In this document: in pieces, positions 21,649 to 36,260 of the stretch
Position numbering within the stretch: the stretch's first letter is position 1
Layout: every line of letters begins with the position of its first letter
Assembly (NCBI GenBank): GCA_050613775.1
Contig: JBODTK010000001.1
Location: 186,001 to 250,000, forward strand
Source: Neocallimastix sp. 'constans'
Taxonomy: Eukaryota
DNA: 64,000 nucleotides
Direction: 5' to 3'
Made by a program: the position numbers and the translations under genes
The notes under the pieces: model-generated
The model's database searches: none
What the model was told of the DNA's origin: nothing
Seen by the model: only the letters and a program-made list of their open reading frames with translations

Positions 21649-23199
21649 TTAAAAATATTACCACGTTATTATTGTTATTATTGAAAGTTCATGTCATATA
21701 TATATATATATATTTTTTTTTTATTTTAGATTTACTAAATTAAAATTCTCTATGCTCCTTATAATAGAACAATATCGTAAAAAATAATTTTGACTCAATT
21801 CAGATTTATATATTTGTTCTATTTATGTCATATATGATAAAAATTTATATATAAATAATCCATTATCTAATGTATATAATTTATAATCTATTAAAATATT
21901 ACTAAAAAAGACATATATATTATAAACTATTATTAATATATTTATGATTTACATATATTTATATAAGATATGTATAAATAATACTAATTAATTAGGATTA
22001 GTTTTTTTTAGATTAATTTATGGTTTTCTTTCCATCAATTTTTTAATTTAAAATTTTTTTTTTTTTTTTTTTTTTGGTAGACATTCGTATGGTAATTGAT
22101 AAATTATATAAAATTGATATAAAAAATTAATTATATTTGAGAAGGAATGTCTAATGAATTTTTAAAATAGTTATTCTATTGCTGATCTTGTAAAATTAAT
22201 ATGTTAATATATATAAAATTTATATATTAAAATAATAAATAAAGAAAAAATAAATTAATAAATAATTTATATATATTTATATTTTTATATCTAAATTGTT
22301 ATAAATTAATATTTGATATTAATTATTATTATTATTATTTTTTTTGATTATTAATACTGTTAATGAGTCACACAGAATGTGGTGCACACACACATGATAT
22401 TTATATTGATATACGGGACTTTTATGTGAAATAATTTATAAGTAGTGGGTTTTTTTTATAATGGTTGTTTAGTAAAATTATTAATAAAATTATAATATTC
22501 GTACAATTAAAATAATAATTCTAATTTCTAAAATTTTACAAGAGAGTTCTCTATTTCTAATATAAATAATTTAATCTATTTATAAGAAATAGGTAATATA
22601 TTAATTATATATTCTAATATATAGAACTACATTAATTTTATATGAATTAAAGTATTATAATTATTATAATTATAATAATACATATTGTTAGAATAATTAA
22701 AATATTGAATTGAATTAATAATAATTAGTAATAATTAGTAATGCATTTTATGCTAAGAATATTCATGTAATTCATATTAGTAATAAAGCCAAGCCACGAA
22801 TTTTTATATAAATACAACTTTATTTGTGTTAATACTAAAATAACCAACAATAATATAATAAATAAAATTATAAATTTATTAATAAAACTTAAATATTTCT
22901 TACACATATTAAAATAAAATAAAATAAAATAATTAATATCAAAAAGATATAAATTTAATATTTAATAATTATTATTAAAAATACAAATATATAATACACC
23001 TATTTGTTTTATATCAGAAATGTCCTTGCTAAAAAATTAAACTATATATATATATATATATATTTTTTTTATATAAAAGAAAATATATGGTTTTATTACT
23101 ATAAATAATAATTTAAAAATTTTATTTTCTTTTATATCTATATTTTCTAACTGTCCGTTTTGTATCAACACAATTGTTGTTGTAATAAATAATCTCCTA

Positions 23200-24250
<1,051 letters not shown>

Positions 24251-24309
24251 GTTCGATATATTATTATTTAAAAAGTTATTATATAAATTATTCTTAATTA
24301 TACTTGCAT

Positions 24310-25536
24310 TAATGTTATCAATATTATTTTATCTTTACTGCTGCCATTTCCTTTATAATTGAATTTATATCTTAAGCTATTGTTATACAAGCTTTATTAT
24401 CTACCATAATTTTAATTTTTATTTCTTTATTAAATATTTCTTTAAATAAATTTTTTAAACCAATAACCTTGTTTGGCTCATTCAATCAAACTTACAATTT
24501 CAGCTTCTGCAATGGATAAAGTTAATGCTTTTTTTTTTTTTTTTTTTTTTTTTTGTTGAGATTTCCATGAAATTGGACTATCACCAAGTAAGAAAATAAA
24601 CCCGCTAGTAGATCTTCTTGTTTTTTTTTTTTCATCACTTGCAAAATCTGAATCAGAATCTTCAATGAATTCTGTTTTTTTTATTATTAACATATTGATT
24701 TGTTAATTGTTCTATTTAAATATTGTAATAGGTGCATTAATGATCTATTGTCCACTTCGATTGGATTTTCACAATTTCTTGAAGCTTGGTTTACTGTGAA
24801 AGATATGTCAGGTCTGAACTTTACTGCTATATAGAAGAAGAGCACCAAGTAAAGATATATATTCCCCAGTATTAACCAAATTTGAATTTTTTCTTTTAAA
24901 ATTTGTTACATTTCTGCAAGGCATTTTGATACTCTTTGTTTTATTCATCTTATATTTTTTGATGATCTTGTTGATATAATCAATTTGATTTTATTTTGTA
25001 TCCGTCTTTAGATTTATATATATTGATATCGATTATTTTATTTGCATTTGATTCTTTTTAAATTTTATATTTACCTTTTTTATTTATTAATAACATAATT
25101 TATTTCATTTTCCTTTCCCGTTATTAAAATGTCATCAACATATAACGTTAGTAAACATATAAATTAATTATTTTTAACATATTTACAAAAAAGATATTTA
25201 ACTGTATTATATTTTTTAAAGCCAACACTAATGAGAAAATGTGTAAATATCTTTATACCACATTCTACTAGCTTGTTTTAAATTATATAGAGCCTTCTTT
25301 AAAGGCCAATATTTATTTTTACTGTAGTTTTTTATTCCCTAAAAATATTTTCAGATATATTTTTTCTTCTAAATCCGCATTTAAGTATGTAGCTTTTATA
25401 TCTAATTGGGTTAGGTTCCAATTCATTTAGAGAGGCTATAGCGACTGTTAATCTGAGACTGTCGGTTTGAATTGTTGGTGAATATGTTTCAATAAAATCT
25501 TTCCCAGGTATTTGTTATATACTATGTACGACTAGT

Positions 25537-25575
<39 letters not shown>

Positions 25576-25590
25576 TTATCATCCATTCTT
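24310..25590 (-). mobile_element. Degenerate Ty1/copia pol fragment (RT-RNase H)
   Basis: Minus strand, in order: KARLV...IPGKDFIETYSPT (~25540-25475), DIKATYLNADLEE (~25403-25365), LKQASRMWYK (~25280-25255), LTLYVDDIL (~25150-25128), DSDFASDE..RRSTSGFIFLLGDSPISWKSQ..LSIAEAE (24660-24500). Confidence 0.9.
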
Positions 25591-25629
25591 TCAGTGAAAT
25601 CAATTAAACTGAAAAAAAAAGTAATATAT

Positions 25630-25795
25630 TAATTGAACCTTACAATTTTAAAGATATAATTCAATATAAAGATAAAATTGAATGGTTGAATGCAGTTAAG
25701 GAGGAATTAAAAACCATGAAAAATCTTAAAGTTTACAAAATTGTTAAAACAGTACCCTCAAGATCCAACATTATATCATCATGTTGGGTATTTAG
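25630..25795 (+). mobile_element. Copia RT N-terminal fragment in the opposite orientation
   Basis: Plus strand reads IEPYNFKDIIQYKDKIEWLNAVKEELKTMKNLKVYKIVKTVPSRSNIISSCWVF, the segment that normally directly precedes KARLV in copia pol. Confidence 0.8.
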
Positions 25796-26215
25796 TGCAA
25801 TACTTAGTAGAACATGAAGAGGATGTAAATAAAAGAAATGAATATGGTGAAATACCTTTATTAAAGGTAACTAAAAGTAAAAATAAGGAATTAGTAAAAT
25901 ACTTATTAGAAAATGGAACAGATATAAATAAAGAAAATGAATATGGTGAAACACCATTATTTAAGGCAATTGAAAGTGGTGCAGATGTAAATAAAGAAAA
26001 TAAAGAATATAAAACACCATTATTTTATGCATGTGAAACTGGAAATAAAGAATTAGTAAAACATTTAGTAAAACATGGAGCAGATATAAATAAAGAAAAT
26101 AAAGAATGCGAAACATCATTATCTAAGGCAATTGAAAGTGAAGATATTGAATTAATAGAATATTTAGTTGAACGTGCAGAAGATATAAATAAGGAAAATT
26201 AAGATGGTGAAACAC
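25795..26215 (+). pseudogene. Ankyrin-repeat gene fragment (about 4 repeats, partly deleted)
   Basis: LVQYLVEHEEDVNKRNEYGEIPL, LVKYLLENGTDINKENEYGETPLFKA, TPLFYACETGNKELVKHLVKHGADINKEN. No proper start (fused to copia sequence). The repeat continues past the stop at 26200-26202 (DGET). Confidence 0.8.
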
Positions 26216-26312
26216 AAATAAACAAATAAATAATGAACCAAAAAAAAAAAAAAAAAAAAAAAAAAAATTAAAATTTAAAAAAAAAATTAAAAAAAAATAA
26301 AAATTATAACAT

Positions 26313-29300
26313 TGTAAAAACTTTGAATTAGTCTGTTTGGGATTTAAAAGTATATTCCGTGTATTTAACATACAAAAGGACTTAAGAAAAGAATTCCAAC
26401 TCGACACAGAGTTTGCTGATTTAATAATTGGCGCATAAAGAATCTTATTTTATGAACATACTTAGTATTGATAACAAATATATCACCCGCATTAGTAACA
26501 CTGATCCAACCGCTTCTGAGGATAGCATCTTAACATTAAGCAGAAAGAGCTCTAGAATGAATTCACTTATTGACGCATTACCTAGCTTTGAGGTTGTCGT
26601 TTTTTCTGACCGTCTTGAAGAAGAAAGAAGAAACCTATTTATTATCGATTCTAAGCAAGGAGTTGTTACTTGCTCATATCTTGATGTAATTGATGGTGTG
26701 CAACATGAAGTAACACCTACCGCTGACCCTGAATGGGTTGATATAGAAGGAATCGGACAAGTCAACAAGTACTTAGTTGGACTACTGGGGTTATGGAAAG
26801 GTCTTCAATATAAATACGAAACCTTACAAGAAATCTTCGATTCAGGTGGAACTCAATTCACAAAAACCCAAATAAGAAAAGCAAAAAGAGAATATTTATC
26901 GGCCGAGCAACGATTCTTTAGGGAGCAACTTAAAGAATAAACCAAAGTAGATCTAATGAGACTGAACGAACAAACTAAAGGAGATCTATTGAAGTTGAAC
27001 GAATCTACTGACAAAAAGATTGAAGCACTCAAAGTAGAATTAAATCATAATATTGCTATAGCTGGCAACACTGCCCTTAAAGCTATTGAACAAAATGAGG
27101 AAACTAAAGTATTAGTAACAAACAATGCAAATGAAGAACAAAATAAGTTATCTAACTTTTTGAAAGAATTTGACACTAGAGCCTCTCAATTCCAAAATGA
27201 AATCGGAGCACTTGAGGAAGATAATAAGAAACTATTTGACATGATCCAATCAGTAGCCGGAACCGCTCTAACTAGTAAAGATATTAAAGACATGGCTACC
27301 CTGACAAATATAGATGAATTGAATTCAAAGATTTTGGAATACTATTCAAAATTAGAAACTACACGGAATACAATTCTATCAATCACAAAAGACAAACTCT
27401 AAGGAACAAATTAACACTCTCCTTACTCTCTGTGGAAATCTTGAAAGAGGTCTAAACCAACATCAAAAGAAGTTCGACTCTTTCCTGAAGAATCTCCAAA
27501 TAGATTATGAAAAATCCTTAGCAAGTGTTAAAGAAATAGCAGTTGCTGCTATATCCGACTCTAAGCTCCCCGAAAAGTTAGCACTCACGACTCACTTAGA
27601 TGAGAATGCGAAAAAAACATTAAATAATATTGTTAAAACAATTTCTAAGCTTGCATCAACAATTCATAGTCTCTCTTCAAGTCCTACAAAACCAAATGGA
27701 AAATTATAAAAATAGCCAAACAGATGCTAATAGTAATATTCTTAAAGCTTTATCACTATGCAATGATACAATTAACTTTTATAAGAATTTTACTACAAAC
27801 CATGATACTTGTGTATCTTCTAAGGATGGTCAAATTTTAACTAGAATCATCACTAATGCTATAGATGATATTTTTGCACGCATTGAAAATATTATACCTT
27901 CCAATGTTACAGTTATGCCTAATAGTATTTCTAACAAGGAAATCTTTAATTACAATATATATCTAGATACCATTTCTAGATATCCTAAAACCGCCATACT
28001 TTTCGATTATAAAATGGATTCAAACGGTTTTATCTCTGATATATCGATTAAGAAAAAGTTCGAAGCCTATACTCATAATCTTCTAAATTACATATTCCGT
28101 AAATATAATTCCGATGACCTCTCGTCCATGGCTAGCCTCAAAACTGCAGATGTATTTAACCTGCCTTATCGTAAATTTTTTTTTGATCAATAAAAAGGAC
28201 AAAGGGAAGGAACCGGAACCCATAGTAGTTCCTCCTCCTCCATTAGATGTTCCTATGGCCTCTACTTCCAGTCCTAAATTAATAAATATACCTAGCATCT
28301 CTGATAGTGAAGACCTTACTAAACTAACTAAAGAAAATACTGAGTTTAATGAAGCAGATTCCAGCAAATATTTTCCTAGTCGTGCCTTATACAGAGAATA
28401 TAAGGTCCTGGATAGTAACGTAGCTGAATGGGCTAAATCCACTGCTGTAAAACTTAGTGCTAGTAACAAAAGGGTCTCTTTTCAAATCCCTTATAAACTT
28501 ACTTTTTCGGATTCCTCTTCTGATCTAGCAAATGACCCCTTCTACCTTCCAAAAAAATATTCAATATCAAAAAACCCATCTTTTCTGGTAACATTGAAGA
28601 TGCTGACGACTTCGTTTATCAATTTCACAATTACCTCCATCACTTCGCTCATCCTCCTAACGAAGAAAATATCTTTGCTCCGCCTTTTTATCCTGCCTTC
28701 CATCTCATCAAAGAAACTATTTTTACAATAAGTTTCTTCCTGCGAGGGGGGTACATTCAGGCAGAATTACTATACCATTCAATGAAATATTATTAGCACA
28801 TTTTCAAACAAAAGTTTGCAACCTACTCAATTGAAGAAGCTCAAAAAATATGGAACAATCTTAAAATTGATAAAAATCATCTCGATGTTTTTGAAACTAA
28901 AATAAATAAAATTGCTAAAGTTTTAAAGATATCCGACTATGCTAAAGGTCTCAAGGTTTTCGAAATAATACCAAAAAAAAAAAAATGGCAGGAAGAAGCC
29001 ATCAAGAAAAATATATGTTTCTCAACATTCTCTGATGACAATTTTGAACCCATCATGCGATTTGTCAACAAAATGGCTCTGGAAGAGAGAGTACTTCAGG
29101 ATCAAAGAACCGAATACCTACAACTCTCAGGTGGTCCGTAGTCAGGACCAAGAAGTCCCAAAAAAATTTTAGTCATGCTTCTAGAAAAGGTAGTGCTAGA
29201 AGTCGCAACAAAAAAACCTACCAATTCTACAAAAACCCACAATTCCTGTATTCCTGTAGAACAAACAAAAAATAACAAACACAAAGCCAGGATATAAGGC

Positions 29301-30980
29301 CTTTAAAAAAAGAAATAAAAATAAAAAAAAGAAGACAGGCATCCTATTTCAATATAGTAGAAGCCTCCAATTCAGACGATAGCGAAACAGAATCTGATGA
29401 CGAAATAGACGTTATGAAAGAACAATTTCAAGATTTTTTGAAATCTAAAGGAGAAGAATTACAGCAATATGAAGTCCAATGTACAAATGAAGTCTCCCAC
29501 TATTTCATTGACGAGATGTTTACTCCTGATCCAAAATACTTCACAAGTGGCTTGGAGCTTCAAAAAACTATTGATAAGTTACAAGTATCTGCTCCTTGGA
29601 AAATTACAAAATACGCAGAAGCATATGTTAATCCAATAATTACTAGAGTAATACGGAGAAACAACCCATGATTAGGTTGCTTATGTTAATAGACTCTGGC
29701 GGGTCATTGAACCTAATTAGTAAAAAAAATTGGTAGATATTCTAAAACTACCTAGTAAAGCATCTCATCAGGAATTTTCAACTATTGCCGGAAAAGCCAA
29801 GGCTACAAGAAAGACACTCATTTCCTTTTGTTGTTAAACTTGTGAATAGAATACATGAAACAAATGATGAAGAATTCCTTAACGCAGTACCACAATACTC
29901 TTCATTTCTTGGTTGTCAAGAATCTCCCGTTTGTAATTATCGACTCTCCTGATTATATGTTCAGCATAGGTAAGATGACCCAGAGAAAATATAAAATCCC
30001 TATAGACCGCATCGAAGAATTCTTCCCTACGGACTATCGTATAGATCAAGACGAACCAGGAAATAATCCTGCAATTAATGAAACAATAGAAAATGCTATG
30101 CAAACCCAATTGTTAGCTGAAGAAAAAAGATGAACAAGATATCAACAGAACGGGTTATCCACTAGAAGAGCTAAGTGAAAGCATTGAAAATAACTTGGAA
30201 ACACTTCATCCCCGTCGATTTAATGGCGATCAAAATGCCACCACGTGGAGAGAAATTCCAATTAATTCAACGGCTCGAGTAGAAAATGAGGAATTCCGTA
30301 GAAGAATTAGAGAAAGAAACGAAGAAATTTTAAATGTTAGTAACTATTACGATGTGTCCTTTCATAATATCTTATCCGAAATAGCACAAAACGATGAATC
30401 GGAGCTATTAAATCTTCAACGGGACCTTCATCGAAATGAAGTTACTCTTACTAATGAAAAAACTATTAATAATAAATGCCGAACTGGTTGATAAACTCCT
30501 ACCACCAGAACTAAAGGAATTTAAAGACGTTTTTAAAGTCCCTCGAGGAATCCCACCTTCTAGAGGCAAATGGGATTTTAAGTTAAACATTTCAAAAGAA
30601 GATATTTCAAAATTACTTTTAGCCAAACCAAAAATCACCTCTAAAGAAGCATCTATAGCTACTAAGGAAATGATTAAGAATTACCAGGACGAAGGATGGA
30701 TAGAACCATCAGTGCTACCTCATGCTGTAAACATGTTCCCAGTTCCAAAACATGACGGTTCCTTTCGATATGTCTACAATTACGTTCCCGTAAATAAAAT
30801 ATGTGATATTGCAGAGAACTCTATTCCAAATCTCAGGGAACAAGTAAATGAATGATGTAAACATAAATATGTTATCTGCTTAGACCTTCGTTCCGCATAT
30901 AACCAAATCAGAATAACTGACCCATTGACTAAAGAAGCTATTGCCTTTATTTGCGAATGGGGAACCTATACTTGGAACGT
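26313..30980 (+). mobile_element. Ty3/gypsy-like LTR retrotransposon, 3'-truncated within RT: long coiled-coil ORF, gag-like region, aspartic protease, RT N-half
   Basis: GC-enriched block of frameshifted ORFs. Gag-like KPIFSGNIEDADDFVYQFHNYL (~28575-28640); protease LIDSGGSLNLIS (~29685-29720); RT WIEPSVLPHAVNMFPVPKHDGSFRYVYNY..NKI..IPNL..CLDLRSAYNQIRI..AFICEWGTYTWNV (30697-30980). The PR-then-RT order and these RT motifs are gypsy-type. Confidence 0.85.
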
Positions 30981-33900
30981 GGTGGCATTTTGATCGCCAT
31001 TAAATCGACGGGATGAAGTGTTTCCAAGTTATTTTCAATGCTTTCACTTAGCTCTTCTAGTGGATAACCCGTTCTGTTGATATCCTGTTCATCTTTTTTC
31101 TTCAGCTAACAATTGGGTTTGCATAGCATTTTCTATTGTTTCATTAATTGCAGGATTATTTCCTGGTTCGTCTTGATCTATACGATAGTCCGTAGGGAAG
31201 AATTCTTCGATGCGGTCTATATAGGGATTTTATATTTTCTCTGGGCCATCTTACCTATGCTGAACATATAATCAAGAGAGTCGATAATTACAAACGGGAG
31301 ATTCTTGACAACCAAGAAATGAAGAGTATTGTGGTACTGCGTTAAGGAATTCTTCATCATTTGTTTCATGTATTCTATCCACAAGTTTAACAACAAAAGG
31401 AAATGAGTGTCTTTCTTGTAGCCTTGGCTTTTCCGGCAATAGTTGAAAATTCCTGATGAGATGCTTTACTAGGTAGTTTTAGAATATCTACCAATTTTTT
31501 TTACTAATTAGGTTCAATGACCCGCCAGAGTCTATTAACATAAGCAACCTAATCATGGGTTGTTTCTCCGTATTACTCTAGTAATTATTGGATTAACATA
31601 TGCTTCTGCGTATTTTGTAATTTTCCAAGGAGCAGATACTTGTAACTTATCAATAGTTTTTTGAAGCTCCAAGCCACTTGTGAAGTATTTTGGATCAGGA
31701 GTAAACATCTCGTCAATGAAATAGTGGGAGACTTCATTTGTTACATTGGACTTCATATTGCTGTCATTCTTCTCCTTTAGATTTCAAAAGATCTTGAAAT
31801 TGTTCTTTCATAACGTCTATTTCGTCATCAGATTCTGTTTCGTTATCGTCTGAATTGGAGGCTTCTACTATATTGAAATAGGATGCCTGTCTTCTTTTTT
31901 TTTATTTTTATTTCTTTTTTTAAAGGCCTTATATCCTGGCTTTGTGTTTGTTATTTTTTGTTTGTTCTACAGGAATACAGGAATTGTGGGTTTTTGTAGA
32001 ATTGGTAGGTTTTTTTTGTTGCGACTTCTAGCACTACCTTTTCTAGAAGCATGACTAAAATTTTTTTTGGGACTTCTTGGTCCTGACTACGGACCACCTG
32101 AGAGTTGTAGGTATTCGGTTCTTTGATCCTGAAGTACTCTCTCTTCCAGAGCCATTTTGTTGACAAATCGCATGATGGGTTCAAAATTGTCATCAGAGAA
32201 TGTTGAGAAACATATATTTTTCTTGATGGCTTCTTCCTGCCATTTTTTTTTTTTTGGTATTATTTCGAAAACCTTGAGACCTTTAGCATAGTCGGATATC
32301 TTTAAAACTTTAGCAATTTTATTTATTTTAGTTTCAAAAACATCGAGATGATTTTTATCAATTTTAAGATTGTTCCACATTTTTTGAGCTTCTTCAATTG
32401 AGTAGGTTGCAAACTTTTGTTTGAAAATGTGCTAATAATATTTCATTGAATGGTATAGTAATTCTGCCTGAATGTACCCCCCTCGCAGGAAGAAACTTAT
32501 TGTAAAAAATAGTTTCTTTGATGAGATGGAAGGCAGGATAAAAAGGTGGAGCAAAGATATTTTCTTCGTTAGGAGGATGAGCGAAGTGATGGAGGTAATT
32601 GTGAAATTGATAAACGAAGTCGTCAGCATCTTCAATGTTACCAGAAAAGATGGGTTTTTTTTGATATTGAATATTTTTTTGGAAGGTAGAAGGGGTCATT
32701 TGCTAGATCAGAAGAGGAATCCGAAAAAAGTAAGTTTATAAGGGATTTGAAAAGAGACCCTTTTGTTACTAGCACTAAGTTTTACAGCAGTGGATTTAGC
32801 CCATTCAGCTACGTTACTATCCAGGACCTTATATTCTCTGTATAAGGCACGACTAGGGAAATATTTGCTGGAATCTGCTTCATTAAACTCAGTATTTTCT
32901 TTAGTTAGTTTAGTAAGGTCTTCACTATCAGAGATGCTAGGTATATTTATTAATTTAGGACTGGAAGTAGAGGCCATAGGAACATCTAATGGAGGAGGAG
33001 GAACTACTATGGGTTCCGGTTCCTTCCCTTTGTCCTTTTTATTGATCAAAAAAAAAATTTACGATAAGGCAGGTTAAGTACGTCTGCAGTTTTGAGGCTA
33101 GCCATGGACGAGAGGTCATCGGAATTATATTTACGGAATATGTAATATTTAGAAGATTGTGAGTATAGGCTTCGAACTTTTTCTTAATCGATATATCAGA
33201 GATAAAACCGTTTGAATCCATTTTATAATCGAAAAGTATGGCGGTTTTAGGATATCTAGAAATGGTATCTAGATATATATTGTAATTAAAGATTTCCTTG
33301 TTAGAAATACTATTAGGCATAACTGTAACATTGGAAGGTATAATATTTTCAATGCGTGCAAAAATATCATCTATAGCATTAGTGATGATTCTAGTTAAAA
33401 TTTGACCATCCTTAGAAGATACACAAGTATCATGATTTGTAGTAAAATTCTTATAAAAGTTAATTGTATCATTGCATAGTGATAAAGCTTTAAGAATATT
33501 ACTATTATTAGCATCTGTTTGGCTATTTTTATAATTTTCCATTTGGTTTTGTAGGACTTGAAGAAGAGAGACTGTGAATTGTTGATGCAAGCTTAGAAAT
33601 TGTTTTAACAATATTATTTAATGTTTTTTTTCGCATTCTCATCTAAGTGAGTCGTGAGTGCTAACTTTTCGGGGAGCTTAGAGTCGGATATAGCAGCAAC
33701 TGCTATTTCTTTAACACTTGCTAAGGATTTTTCATAATCTATTTGGAGATTCTTCAGGAAAGAGTCGAACTTCTTTTGATGTTGGTTTAGACCTCTTTCA
33801 AGATTTCCACAGAGAGTAAGGAGAGTGTTAATTTGTTCCTTAGAGTTTGTCTTTTGTGATTGATAGAATTGTATTCCGTGTAGTTTCTAATTTTGAATAG

Positions 33901-34141
33901 TATTCCAAAATCTTTGAATTCAATTCGTCTATATTTGTCAGGGTAGCCATGTCTTTAATATCTTTACTAGTTAGAGCGGTTCCGGCTACTGATCGGATCA
34001 TGTCAAATAGTTTCTTATTATCTTCCCCAAGTGCTCCGATTTCATTTTGGAATTGAGAGGCTCTAGTGTCAAATTCTTTCAAAAAGTTAGATAACTTATT
34101 TTGTTCTTCATTTGCATTGTTTGTTACTAATACTTTAGTTT
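30977..34141 (-). mobile_element. Inverted, near-identical duplicate of 27101-30246 of the gypsy-like element
   Basis: 30977 acgtggtggcattttgatcgcc is the reverse complement of ~30225-30246. 34131-34141 tactttagttt is the reverse complement of 27101-27111. Minus-strand ORFs 33840-34082, 33039-33611, 32708-33049 and 31553-31756 reproduce the plus-strand ORFs. Confidence 0.95.
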
Positions 34142-34246
34142 ATAAATTATTTCTTATTTTATATATATATATATAACATTAATAATTAGTTTTAGAGAAT
34201 TGTAGTTTTACATTTAAAATGTAGAGAACCGTTTTCTTATTTGTTG

Positions 34247-34282
<36 letters not shown>

Positions 34283-35859
34283 TTTTATTTTAATTATTAA
34301 TAAATTTATTTTTTTTAATATTAATAAATTAATCTTAAAAATATAAATAAAGAAAAAAAATATATATATATAAATTATTTTTTAATTTTTAATATAGATT
34401 AATATGGTCAAAAACTTTTTATTTTATTCATGTAAAAGTGGTAATAAAAAAAATAATTATATTGTATTACATTCTTTATTTTTATTTTTATTTTTATTTT
34501 TTTTTTTTTGAGTTTCATATAAAGTGAATAAAAATAACAATGGTAATTAGTATTATTTTTAATTAGAATTATGATTTTATAAATAACTATGAAAAAGATA
34601 TAATTTCAATTAAAATAATTTATTAATAAATTAAAATCTTTTTAAATCTAGTTATTTTGTTGTAAAAGTTTCGATTTTATATATATATATATATATATTG
34701 TTATATAGATATATCATATTAATAAATATTCAGTTTATTTTAACCTTTCAATATTCTTTTTTCAATCAAATTTAATTTGAGGTGTGAATCTCACGTCATA
34801 TTCATTATAATTCAAGACGCTGGGTACTAGAGTACCTCCTTCTACACTAGATACTACATATTAATTCGAAGGTAAGGTCATCTACATTCCTCGCACATCG
34901 TTAATTATTTTGCATCTTTAACTCCTCTAAGAACTTGTAAAAGTCATAAAGTTTTTTTTTTTTTTTATTAAATTTACTAAAAAGTATTAAAAATAAGTTA
35001 ATATTAAACATGTTAACCTTTGGTAAGTATTTAAAAGTTTATTATGTTTTTAAACAAATTTATTAAAAAATGATATAAAATAGTATAAATGACAAAATAT
35101 ATTGACTAGTAATATTATGATAGTGTTTTGATAGTAAAATTATTGTCAAATAACATCTTAGTAAATATGTTATAAACACTACTATAATACTAACTATGTT
35201 ATAATTATTATTGAGTCTTCAATGAACCTTGAAAAAAAAAAAAAAAAAAAATCAAATCCATATCAATAGGGGTCAGTACCATGAAAAAGGAATTAATAAT
35301 TAAGATGGTCATCCTTCTCAGTGAACTCCCCTCACCTCATAGAAAGTGATACGTCCCCTAAATAGGATAGTTGAAGATTAGATAAATTACTTAACTAAGA
35401 ATAATGATAATTTTTTTTTTTATTTTTTATAATTTTTTTTTTTAGTAGACCAGGAAAAGAATACACTTCCAGTACTTTATTAAATAAATAAATATATTTT
35501 TATGTATTACAATTTTTTTTTAAAAAAAAATTACATTATATAATTTAAAGATAAAAAAAAAAAATAAATAAAATGTATGTAAAAGATTAAGTAAAATAAA
35601 AAATAATTAAAAAAAAAAAATTACATTATATGATTTAAAAATAAAAAAAAAATAAATAAATAAAGTGTATGTAAAAGATTAAGTAAAATAAAAAATAATT
35701 AAAAAATAAAAAATAAAAAATAAAAAATAAAAAATAAAAAATAAAAAATAAAAAATAAAAAATAAAAAATAAAAAATAAAAAATAAAAATAAAAATAAAA
35801 AAAAAAAAAAAATATTTAAAAATAAAATGGTATAAATAAATTCAGAAATAGGTTTAAAT

Positions 35860-36222
35860 GCAACCAACCTCACTCCTCTTCATATTATTTATTCCGGATT
35901 AGGGGTTGAATTGACCACCATCTGAAAAAAAGGAAGAAGTTTTATGGTCTTTCTCCTTTTTCAGAGACATTGACTCTGCTAGCCTGTCCCATTTCCTATT
36001 TCATTTTCAACATTGATGCTCCTGAAAAAAAAAAAAAAAATTCCTATCATTGGGGCCTCAATCGATCTAGGATCTAGTACCTTTGGCATCATTAAGTATA
36101 TTAATTACCATATAAGGGAACAATCTACCAATTAAAGAAAGAAAAAAAATTATTTGAAATGGATGTTTTTGATGCTTCTTTCATGACATGTTATAAAAAT
36201 CACCAACTAGGACCCGCAGGAA

Positions 36223-36260
<38 letters not shown>

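Noticed and set aside
26313..26445. Possible 5' LTR (TGT at 26313) and PBS-like TGGCGC at 26429
   Set aside because: No second LTR in the window to confirm it, only ~115 bp long, and tRNA complementarity cannot be verified by eye.
34790..36030. Segmental duplication of the regions downstream of the two KTLP genes (similar bits at ~34835/59100 and ~35870/56420)
   Set aside because: The shared pieces are in different order and look like independent repeat relics.
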